Assembly (NCBI GenBank): GCA_003009755.1
Contig: PXUB01000043.1
Location: forward strand, 16,646-80,645
Direction: 5' to 3'
Source of the DNA: Thermoplasmatales archaeon SW_10_69_26
GTDB taxonomy: Archaea > Thermoplasmatota > SW-10-69-26
DNA length: 64,000 bases
In this document: positions 56,245 to 64,000 of the stretch, in pieces
Layout of the letters: the number at the start of each line of letters is the position of its first letter
Position numbering within the stretch: position 1 is the first letter of the stretch
The notes under the pieces: generated by a model
What the model saw: the letters and a program-made list of their open reading frames with translations, nothing else
What the model was told of the DNA's origin: nothing
The model's database searches: none
Position numbers and translations under genes: made by a program

Positions 56245-58809
56245 ATGGGTGAGACGCGGACCCTCCGGCTCGACGTGCGCGGCATGAGCTGTGCCAACTG
56301 CTCGGCCACGATCGAGGACGCCGTCCGCGAGGTCGACGGCATCGAGCAGGTCGACGCCAACTTTGCCACCGACGAGGCCGAGATCCGCTACGATCCCGAC
56401 CGAGCCCCTCTGGGCGCCATCGTGGCCGCCATCGAGGACGCCGGCTACGACCCCGTCGTCGACACCCTGCAGATCGGCGTCTCCGGCATGACGTGCGCCA
56501 ACTGCTCGGTCACGATCGAGGACGCCCTCCGCGAGGTGCCTGGCGTCGTGGCCGCCGACGCCAACGTTGCCACCGACGAGGCCGAGGTGCGCTACGTCGG
56601 CTCCAGCGCTCGCCGCTCGGCCATCCACGACGCGATCGAGGACGCCGGCTACGAACCGGTCCCCGACACCGAAGGCGAGGAGCAACAGGAGGCCGCCCGC
56701 GACGCCGAGACCCGCCGCCAGCTCGCCTTGACCCTCTTCGGCGCCGCGCTCACCCTGCCCTTCCTGGCGTTCGCGGCGATCCGCTACGGCGTCGACGGGT
56801 TCGCCCTCCCCGAGGAGATCCTCGGTATCGGGTTCGGCTGGGTCGAGTTCGCGCTCGCCACACCGGTCCAGATCGCCCTCGGCTGGCCCTTCTACAAGAA
56901 CAGCTGGACCGCGCTCGCCCGCAACAGGCGCGCGAACATGGACGTCCTGATCGCGCTTGGATCCACGACCGCCTACGTCTACAGCCTCGTCGTCCTGCTG
57001 GGCGTGGTCCCCGGCGGCCTGTACTTCGAGTCCGCAGCCTTGATCCTCGTCTTCATCACGCTGGGCAACTACCTCGAGGCGCGCTCGAAGTCCCGCGCCG
57101 GCCGCGCGCTGCGCGAGCTGCTCGAGATGGAGGCCGAACAGGCGCGCATCGTCGAGGACGGCACCGAGCGCGAGATCCCCCTGTCCGAGGTCGAGGTCGG
57201 CGACGAGATGCGCGTGCGCCCCGGCGAGACGATCCCCACCGACGGAACCGTCGTCGAGGGCGAAAGCTCCGTCGACGAGTCGATGGTCACCGGCGAGAGC
57301 GTGCCCGTCGACAAGCAGCCCGGCGACGAGGTCGTCGGCTCCACGATCAACCAGAACGGCACCCTGCTCGTCGAAGCCGACCGCGTGGGCGAGGACACCG
57401 CCCTCCACCAGCTCGTCGACATGGTGAAAAGCGCCCAGGCCCGCCAACCCGCGATCCAGCGCCTGGCCGACCGCATCTCGGCGTACTTCGTGCCCGCCGT
57501 CGTCCTCAACGCCATCCTGTGGACCGTGCTCTGGTCGCTGTTCCCCGAGGCCCTGGCCGGCTTCGTCGGCCAACTGCCCCTGTGGGGGTTGGTCGGTAGC
57601 GGCCCCGTCGTCGCCGGCGGCACGATCACCGCGCTCGAGTTCGCCGTCGTCGTGTTCGCCAGCGCCGTCCTCATCGCCTGCCCGTGCGCGCTCGGCCTCG
57701 CCACGCCCGCCGCCACCATGGTCGGCACCTCGCTGGGCGCCCGCAACGGCATCCTCTTCAAGGGCGGCGACGTCGTCGAACGCCTGCGCGCGATCGACCA
57801 CGTCGTCCTCGACAAGACCGGCACCCTCACCCACGGCGAGATGGACGTCACCGACGTGGTCGCCTTCGAGGGCGAGAGCCGAGAGATCCTGGCGCTGGCC
57901 GCCCGCGCCGAGCACGCCAGCGAGCACCCGCTGGCCCGGGCCCTCGTCGACCACGCCCACGAGCGAGGCCTCGACGTCGAGCCCGCCGAGAGCTTCGAGA
58001 GCGTGCCCGGTCACGGCGTGAAGGCCGCGATCGACGGCGAGCGGATCCTCGTCGGCAACCGCCGGCTGATGAGCGAGGAAGGCGTCCCCGTCACCGAGCT
58101 CGAGGACACCCTCCACGAGCTCGAACGTGAAGGCAAAACCGCCATCCTCGTCGCCCGCGAGGGCCAGCTGATCGGGGCAATCGGCCAAGCCGACCGCATC
58201 CGGTCGACCGCCGAAGCCGCCGTCGACGCCCTGCGCGCCCGCGGGCTCGCCGTCCACATGGTCACCGGCGACAACGAGCGCACCGCCCGCGCCGTCGGCA
58301 AACAGGTCGGCATCGATCCCGACCGCGTGCAAGCCGGCGTCCTGCCCGACCAGAAGGTCGACGTCGTCGAGGACCTGCAGGCCGACGGCCATCGCGTCGC
58401 GATGGTCGGCGACGGCGTCAACGACGCGCCCGCCCTCGCCCAAGCCGACGTCGGCATCGCGATCGGCGCTGGCACCGACGTCGCGCTCGAAGCCGCCGAC
58501 CTCACCCTGATGCGCTCGGACCCCTTCGACGTCGTCAAGGCCGCCCGCATCGGCGAGGGCACGCTGGCCAAGATCAAGCAGAACCTCTTCTGGGCGTTGG
58601 GCTACAACGTGACCCTGATCCCGCTGGCCTCCCTGGGTCTGCTGCAACCCGCCCTCGCAGCCGCCGCGATGGCCTTCTCCAGCGTCAGCGTGCTCACGAA
58701 CAGCGTCCTCTTCACCCGCTACGACCCGGACCGGGACTACCGGCTGGGCGGCAAGCTTGGCCGGCTGTTCCGAGGGGCGAGAGGTCCCCCGGCCCCCCAG
58801 CAGGGATGA
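56245..58809 (+). CDS. copA: Copper-translocating P1B-type ATPase
   Basis: Two GMxCANC HMA domains, [32 protein letters not shown]. Confidence 0.96.
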   Translation: MGETRTLRLDVRGMSCANCSATIEDAVREVDGIEQVDANFATDEAEIRYDPDRAPLGAIVAAIEDAGYDPVVDTLQIGVSGMTCANCSVTIEDALREVPGVVAADANVATDEAEVRYVGSSARRSAIHDAIEDAGYEPVPDTEGEEQQEAARDAETRRQLALTLFGAALTLPFLAFAAIRYGVDGFALPEEILGIGFGWVEFALATPVQIALGWPFYKNSWTALARNRRANMDVLIALGSTTAYVYSLVVLLGVVPGGLYFESAALILVFITLGNYLEARSKSRAGRALRELLEMEAEQARIVEDGTEREIPLSEVEVGDEMRVRPGETIPTDGTVVEGESSVDESMVTGESVPVDKQPGDEVVGSTINQNGTLLVEADRVGEDTALHQLVDMVKSAQARQPAIQRLADRISAYFVPAVVLNAILWTVLWSLFPEALAGFVGQLPLWGLVGSGPVVAGGTITALEFAVVVFASAVLIACPCALGLATPAATMVGTSLGARNGILFKGGDVVERLRAIDHVVLDKTGTLTHGEMDVTDVVAFEGESREILALAARAEHASEHPLARALVDHAHERGLDVEPAESFESVPGHGVKAAIDGERILVGNRRLMSEEGVPVTELEDTLHELEREGKTAILVAREGQLIGAIGQADRIRSTAEAAVDALRARGLAVHMVTGDNERTARAVGKQVGIDPDRVQAGVLPDQKVDVVEDLQADGHRVAMVGDGVNDAPALAQADVGIAIGAGTDVALEAADLTLMRSDPFDVVKAARIGEGTLAKIKQNLFWALGYNVTLIPLASLGLLQPALAAAAMAFSSVSVLTNSVLFTRYDPDRDYRLGGKLGRLFRGARGPPAPQQG

Positions 58810-58840
58810 AGGCCCCCGGCACCACCCCCGGCCCTCTGCC

Positions 58841-59176
58841 ATGAGGTTCATAGCCGTGGCCGGGCATGGGGATGCCGTGTTCCTCGCCGTCTCGTCCCTG
58901 ATGGTCCCCGAGGAACGCCGATCCGGCCGGCAGGCGGCCGTCCGCGATCGGTCGACGCTCGTCGACAGGCACGACGGGTTCCGGCGTCTTTCCCTCGTCG
59001 AACGCCAGGCCGCCGACGCGTGCCTCTCGTTCCTCGACGGGGACAGCCAGGAGGATCTCGAGGCCTCCGTCCAACCCCCGGACGTCGACCACGCCCACGG
59101 GGACCTCGACGACGCGGTCACCCCAGACCCCCTGCAGCGATTCGACGTCCTGCGCGACTCCGAGGAGGGCGATTGA
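58841..59176 (+). CDS. Antibiotic-biosynthesis-monooxygenase (ABM)-like protein, possibly degenerate
   Basis: 'RDRSTLVDRHDGFRRLSL..DSQEDLEA..AH' resembles the ABM/IsdG fold; key Trp residues are absent. Confidence 0.5.
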   Translation: MRFIAVAGHGDAVFLAVSSLMVPEERRSGRQAAVRDRSTLVDRHDGFRRLSLVERQAADACLSFLDGDSQEDLEASVQPPDVDHAHGDLDDAVTPDPLQRFDVLRDSEEGD

Positions 59177-59177
59177 G

Positions 59178-60191
59178 GTGTCCGAGGCCGCCGACCGATT
59201 GGAGGCCGCCTCGGCGAAGATCGCAGCCATCGTCACCGACGACCTGTTCTCGACCCACCCCGAGTGGGAGGCCCGCTGGGAACCCGAGGGCCGGGAGAGG
59301 ACCCGCGAGGATCTCGATCTCACGGTCCAGTTCCTGTCGGCCGCGCTGCGGGAGGACGACGAGGCGATCTTCCACAGCTACGTCGCCTGGCTGCGAAGCC
59401 TCCTGGTCGCTCGCGGCATCCTCGAGAACGTGATCCGCGAGACCCACGACACCCTTGCCGACCATCTGGACGAGTTCCTGCCCTCGTCGACCGCCCGTCG
59501 GGCCCGCGAGATCATCGAGAACAGCCACGCAGCCCTCGAGGGACCGATCGAGGTCGAGGCGGCCGAGGCCGGCGGCCGAGCCAACGAGCTGACCGACGCC
59601 CTGCTCGCCGGCGACGGCGACGAGGCCACCCGGATCTTCGAGGAGGCCGTCGAGGGCGGCATGCAGCCCCTCACCTTCCCGGAGGAGGTCCTGACCCCCG
59701 CCCTGCGCGAGATCGGCCGTCGCTGGCAACTGGGCGAGGTCTCCGTCGCCGAGGAGTACCTCGCGACCGCGACCGCCCGCACCCTGCTCACCGAGATCTA
59801 CCATCGACGGGACTTCCGCTCCGGGCGTGGGTCGGCCCTGATGGCCTGCGTCGAGGGGTGCCGCCACGACATCGGTCTCCAGATCGTCGCCGACCGCTTC
59901 GAGCAGGGCGGATGGGAGGTCGCCCTCCTCGGCGCCGACGTTCCCGTGGAGGACCTCGTCCAAGCCGTCGAAGACCGCGACCCGGCCCTCGTGTGCCTGT
60001 CGATGTCGATGCCCGACCAGATCGCCGCCGGACGGGAGACGATCGCCCACATCCAGGACGGCCCGGTCGATCCCTTCATCCTCGTCGGGGGACGCGTCCT
60101 CAACGAGCTCCCCACCCTCGCCGAGGTCCTCGGCGCCGACGCCTCGGCCACCGACAGCCGCGAAGGAGCCGACCTCGTCCCCGAGAGCTGA
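59178..60191 (+). CDS. Cobalamin (B12)-binding domain protein with N-terminal helical (globin-like) domain
   Basis: Cap 'PALREIGRRWQLGEVSVAEEYLAT', 'EGCRHDIGL', 'LGADVP', 'LSMSM', 'LVGG'. Confidence 0.85.
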   Translation: MSEAADRLEAASAKIAAIVTDDLFSTHPEWEARWEPEGRERTREDLDLTVQFLSAALREDDEAIFHSYVAWLRSLLVARGILENVIRETHDTLADHLDEFLPSSTARRAREIIENSHAALEGPIEVEAAEAGGRANELTDALLAGDGDEATRIFEEAVEGGMQPLTFPEEVLTPALREIGRRWQLGEVSVAEEYLATATARTLLTEIYHRRDFRSGRGSALMACVEGCRHDIGLQIVADRFEQGGWEVALLGADVPVEDLVQAVEDRDPALVCLSMSMPDQIAAGRETIAHIQDGPVDPFILVGGRVLNELPTLAEVLGADASATDSREGADLVPES

Positions 60192-60359
60192 CCGAGGAAG
60201 GCGAACCGCCAACCGACGAATGCACCCACCGCGAGGGCCCAGCGGGCTCGGGCCCGCTCGACAGGGACCATCTCCTTCCGCGCCTTGGCCCCCCGAGCCC
60301 GGCGACCGCCTTTCGACGCTCGTCGACCGCCACGGCGTCCTGTCGGGCGATCGCGCCAC

Positions 60360-60986
60360 CTAGGCGTTCTCGACGATCTGGGCGATGTCCTCCGGTGGGA
60401 CGGCGCCCGGCACCCGCAGCTCGCCGCGGATGAACGTCGGCACGCCCGTGACGCCCGAGCGGTGGGCCTGCTGGAACCGCTGGCTCACCTCCTCGTCCAA
60501 CGCCTCGCTGCCGAGCGCCTGACGCGCCTCGTCCTGCCCGATCCCGGCCTCGGCGGCCAGCTCGACGAGCACGTCCTCGTCACCGATGTCGCGACCGTCC
60601 CGCCACAAGGCGGTGAAGATCGCCTCGTGCAGCCGCTCGAACCCATCCTGGCCGTGCTCTTCCTGCGCGTGGATCGACAGCTTGTGGGCATCCCAGGAGT
60701 CGATGTCCCGGTCCACGTCCCACGTCATGTCGACGTCGTACTCCTCGGCCAGCCGCTCGACATTGTCCCTGGCCCGCTGGAAGTACGCCTCGTCCTTGCC
60801 GTCGTCGATGCCGGGGTCGATCTCCCCGTCGGGACCCCGCTTGTGCCGCCGCAGATCGAAGGCCCGCCACTCGACCTCGGGCGGATCCTCGGCGTCCGCG
60901 AGGTACGCCTCCAGCGACCGCTTCCCCAGGTAACAGAACGGGCACACGTAATCGCTGTAGACGACCAGGGGCTCGGGCTCGGACAT
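60360..60986 (-). CDS. DsbA/FrnE family thiol oxidoreductase
   Basis: 'YSDYVCPFCYLG', 'GVTGVPTF', 'VPGAVP'. Confidence 0.92.
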   Translation of the reverse strand: MSEPEPLVVYSDYVCPFCYLGKRSLEAYLADAEDPPEVEWRAFDLRRHKRGPDGEIDPGIDDGKDEAYFQRARDNVERLAEEYDVDMTWDVDRDIDSWDAHKLSIHAQEEHGQDGFERLHEAIFTALWRDGRDIGDEDVLVELAAEAGIGQDEARQALGSEALDEEVSQRFQQAHRSGVTGVPTFIRGELRVPGAVPPEDIAQIVENA

Positions 60987-61318
60987 CGACCCACCATGGG
61001 CCCGCCGCATCCTTAAGCCTGGCCTCGAAGACCGCCTCGCCCAGGCTCCCAGCGGGTCGACGGTTTCCGGGGCGCGCCGGCCCCCTCCCCCGGTGACGAG
61101 GACGGCAGCGTCGGCTCCTCGCCACCGTCCACCACCGACTCGGGCTGAGCGTCTCCCGGCTGCGGGACGTCCTCGGCGTCGGCTGGGGGAGGCTTCGACC
61201 GGCTCGACACGTTCGCCGATCGATCGAGGCCGGCCTCGGATCGGTCCGTGGACGAACGCGGTTGGTCAACCCGCCGGCCACCGCCTTGCTCGACCGGCTG
61301 CCGAGGTGAGCAGGCGGC

Positions 61319-62389
61319 TCACCCTGCCGGCTCCTCGCCCTTGGGCAACCGCGCGTAGAACGTCGACCCCTCGCCCGGTTCGGATTCGACCCAGATCCCG
61401 CCGCGGTTGGCCTCGGCGATCCGCTTGCACACCGCCAACCCGACGCCGGCGCCCGGCCGCTGGGTCTGGCCCCGATCGAAGAGGTCGAAGATGCTGTCGC
61501 GGATCCCCGGTTCGATGCCCATCCCGTTGTCCTCCACGGCCACCACGGCGTGGTCGTCCTCCTCCTCGCTGCGGACACGCACGACCGGCTCGTCGACGTG
61601 GGCGTGCTCGATGGCGTTCTCGACGAGGTTGCCCAACAACCACACGAGCTTGTCCTCGGGCGCGTACACCTCGGGCAACGGCTCCCGCTCGACCCGGGCA
61701 CCGGTCTCCGCGATCAACGGCTCGAGCTTGGCCAGGACCTGGTCCAGCGCCTCGTCGACGTCGTGGGGCTGGCTGGGTTCGGCCTCGCCGGCCTCAGCGT
61801 AGGCCAGCAGGCCGTCCACCATCGCCTTGGCGCGGTCGACCTCGCGTCGAGCCGTCACCAGGTCGTCGCGTTCGCGCTCCTCGAGCTGGTCGCTCGCGCT
61901 GGCCTCGAGCCGGTCCAGCCGGTCGTCGATCGCCGCCAGGGGCTCGCCCAGGTGGTGGGCGACCGTGTGCGCGAACGCGGTCAGCTCGATCCGGCTGCGC
62001 TTGAGCTTCTCGTCGAGCTCGCTCTTGTGGATCGCGACCTCGATCGCCGTGCGCAGCTCGACCGGATCCACCGGCTTCGAGATGTACCCGTAGGGCCCGA
62101 ACTGCTTGGCGCGGCCCACCGTCTCCGGCTCGGCGTGCGCGGTCAAGAACACGACGGGGATCTCGTGCTCGTCCTGGATCTGTTGGGCCGCCTCGATCCC
62201 GTCCATCTCGCCGGCCAACAGGATGTCCATCAGGACGACGTCGGGCTCGGCCTCGACCGCCGTCTCGATCGCATCCTCGCCCTTGCGCACGATCTCGACC
62301 ACGTCGTAGTCCATCACCGACAGCGTCGCCTCGACGTCCTTGGCCGCCAAGGGCTGATCCTCGACGACGAGCACGTCGGCTCGCGCCAT
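61319..62389 (-). CDS. Hybrid receiver + histidine kinase
   Basis: REC 'VLVVED..LMDI..FLTA..ISKP'; H-box 'FAHTVAHHLGEPL'; 'NLVENAI', 'DNGMGI', 'GAGVGLAVCKRI'. Confidence 0.9.
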   Translation of the reverse strand: MARADVLVVEDQPLAAKDVEATLSVMDYDVVEIVRKGEDAIETAVEAEPDVVLMDILLAGEMDGIEAAQQIQDEHEIPVVFLTAHAEPETVGRAKQFGPYGYISKPVDPVELRTAIEVAIHKSELDEKLKRSRIELTAFAHTVAHHLGEPLAAIDDRLDRLEASASDQLEERERDDLVTARREVDRAKAMVDGLLAYAEAGEAEPSQPHDVDEALDQVLAKLEPLIAETGARVEREPLPEVYAPEDKLVWLLGNLVENAIEHAHVDEPVVRVRSEEEDDHAVVAVEDNGMGIEPGIRDSIFDLFDRGQTQRPGAGVGLAVCKRIAEANRGGIWVESEPGEGSTFYARLPKGEEPAG

Positions 62390-62550
62390 CAGGCTCCCCT
62401 CCAGATGACCCCCGTTGGGGGCAGGTGGTTCGCGGTGGGCAGCCAGCCGTCGCTCAGAAGGGCGGCCATACGGGGCCACGTTGCCCGGCTGACCCCTTAA
62501 CGCCCCGGCGAGCCTGACCTGTTCGCCTCCCCCAGCTCTCAGAAGGGAGA

Positions 62551-62964
62551 TCACCCGCTGCGGCGGATCGCCCACACGCCGGTCGCCCGCGCCACGACCC
62601 GGCCCTCCTCGTCGTGGATCTCGCCGGAGACGTTGGCCGCCAGCGAGCCGCGGCGATCGATCTCGCCGACCGCGCGGATCTCGCCCTCACGCACCGGGCG
62701 CAGGAAGTCCGTCGTCAGCGACTGCGTGGCACACCACTGGCCCTCGTCGAGGTCCAACGTCGCCACGACCGCGCTGCCCATGACGACGTCGAGCGCCGTC
62801 GCCAGGAGGCCGCCGTGCACGACGCCGCCCTCGTTGAGGTGCTCCTCGCGGACCTCGATCTCGGCCTCGACGCGGCCATCCGCGAGCAGGTGCGTCTCCT
62901 CGATCCCGGCGTAGTTCGTGAACCCGTCCGTCGGGTGCGTGCGGGTGCGTTGGGCAGGCGCCAT
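62551..62964 (-). CDS. PaaI family thioesterase
   Basis: 'HLNEGGVVHGGLLATALDVVMG', 'DFLRPV'. Confidence 0.9.
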   Translation of the reverse strand: MAPAQRTRTHPTDGFTNYAGIEETHLLADGRVEAEIEVREEHLNEGGVVHGGLLATALDVVMGSAVVATLDLDEGQWCATQSLTTDFLRPVREGEIRAVGEIDRRGSLAANVSGEIHDEEGRVVARATGVWAIRRSG

Positions 62965-63049
62965 AGCTGCGCGAAGGCCGCCGGGCCTTGTAGCCTTGCG
63001 CCGATCGCTGGAAGGTAACCCTATAGGCCCCCGCGGCTATCCCGCGGGC

Positions 63050-63586
63050 GTGACCCAGCAAGCGCCCGACGTCGAGCTGGTCAACGCCGGCGCCGGACCC
63101 GACCCGCTGAGCCTCAGCGAGCTCGCCGGCCGCGACGACGTGGACGCGATCGTGCTCCTCTTCCAGCGCGACGACTACTGCCTGCAGTGCCGAAGCCAGG
63201 TTCAGGCCGCCAACGACCGCTACGCCGAGTTCACCACGCGCAACGCCTGGGTCGTCAGCGTGCTGCCCGAGACCCTCGACACGGCCCGCGACTGGGTTGA
63301 GAACTACGACCTGATGTTCCCCGTGCTGGCCGACCCGGACGGGGTCGCAGCCGAGGCCTACGACCAACCCACCCGGTTCGGCGCCCTCGGCGAGGCCGTC
63401 GACCTCGTCGGTCGCCTGCCGAAGGCGCTGATCCTCGACACCCGCGAGGGCGAGCTCGAGCCCCGCTACGTGCACGAGGGCGAGTCCACCGGCGACCGCC
63501 CCTCGATGGACGAGCTGCTGGCTCAGGTCACCGAGATCACCGGCAACGAGGGTGTCGATCCCGAGGAGTTCCAGCGGAGAGCCTGA
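63050..63586 (+). CDS. Peroxiredoxin-like (AhpC/TSA, redoxin) protein
   Basis: 'FQRDDYCLQCRSQ', 'FPVLADPD', 'GDRPS'. Confidence 0.85.
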   Translation: MTQQAPDVELVNAGAGPDPLSLSELAGRDDVDAIVLLFQRDDYCLQCRSQVQAANDRYAEFTTRNAWVVSVLPETLDTARDWVENYDLMFPVLADPDGVAAEAYDQPTRFGALGEAVDLVGRLPKALILDTREGELEPRYVHEGESTGDRPSMDELLAQVTEITGNEGVDPEEFQRRA

Positions 63587-63793
63587 CGCGGTGGCGGTCT
63601 CCGCGGCCCACACAGAGACGCAGAGGTACAGAGCCACAGAGGAACGGGGACGGACAGCAGGGGAGGAGAAGCAGATTGCGAGCGGAGAGCGGGGGGAAGC
63701 CCCGGCGGGAACAGAGCGGGTGTCGACCCCGCGATTGGTCGCGGCTCCTCTCTCTTCGGCCCGATCGACACCCCACAGCCCGCCTGATCGGAC

Positions 63794-64000
63794 CTAGACT
63801 GCCGGCTATGCTTGGGTTGAGCTCTCGCTCGGCCTCAGGCGGTGGAAGCGCGGAGCCGAGACGACGGTTCACATGAATCGGAGATTCGTATTCTCCACCG
63901 ATCGGCCGGTGGCCGATCGCTGGATTCGCCCGGATCGACGATCCGGACTCTCGCGAGGATCCGCCCTGACAGGCAGGGATCCTCGCGACATCCCGGAGGG
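63794..64000. mobile_element. Second MITE copy (inverted; runs off the window end)
   Basis: 63794-63937 is the near-identical reverse complement of 14337-14479, starting CTAGACTGCCGGCT. Confidence 0.8.

Noticed and set aside
63587-63790. Purine-rich CACAGAG-like runs (also near 10610 on the minus strand and near 32860)
   Set aside because: Low-complexity and too divergent to define an element.
1-64000. tRNA or rRNA genes, transposases, integrases
   Set aside because: No cloverleaf, rRNA signature or transposase/integrase ORF recognised.

Overview
High-GC archaeal chromosome segment. The gene set and order (cdc6 - S26 peptidases - PolD DP1/DP2, an 11-subunit complex I, archease, aIF1) and the very Asp/Glu-rich proteins suggest a halophilic euryarchaeote, most plausibly Thermoplasmatota-like; this is inference. 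Housekeeping content includes cdc6/orc1 (5'-truncated), two S26 signal peptidases, PolD small and large subunits, rtcB, mtaB, nuoABCDHIJJKLMN and copA, plus redox, stress, signalling and secreted-protein genes and several decaying pseudogenes. The most notable observations are: (1) an unannotated ~725-nt, highly structured, stand-alone non-coding RNA candidate at ~15319-16043 (+), with its own TATA-like promoter, a U-tract end, a ~21-bp G.U-containing helix joining its 5' and 3' ends, and many UUCG/GNRA hairpins; (2) a 507-aa LAGLIDADG intein in the DP2 catalytic motif that ends in Ile-Arg instead of His-Asn/Gln; (3) three families of dispersed non-coding repeats (a CTAG-flanked MITE, a ~123-bp element with tandem tails, and a palindrome after both rtcB and archease); and (4) a membrane Ser/Thr kinase convergent with an ArsR-HTH/FHA regulator. 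All calls come from reading the sequence; no database searches were run.
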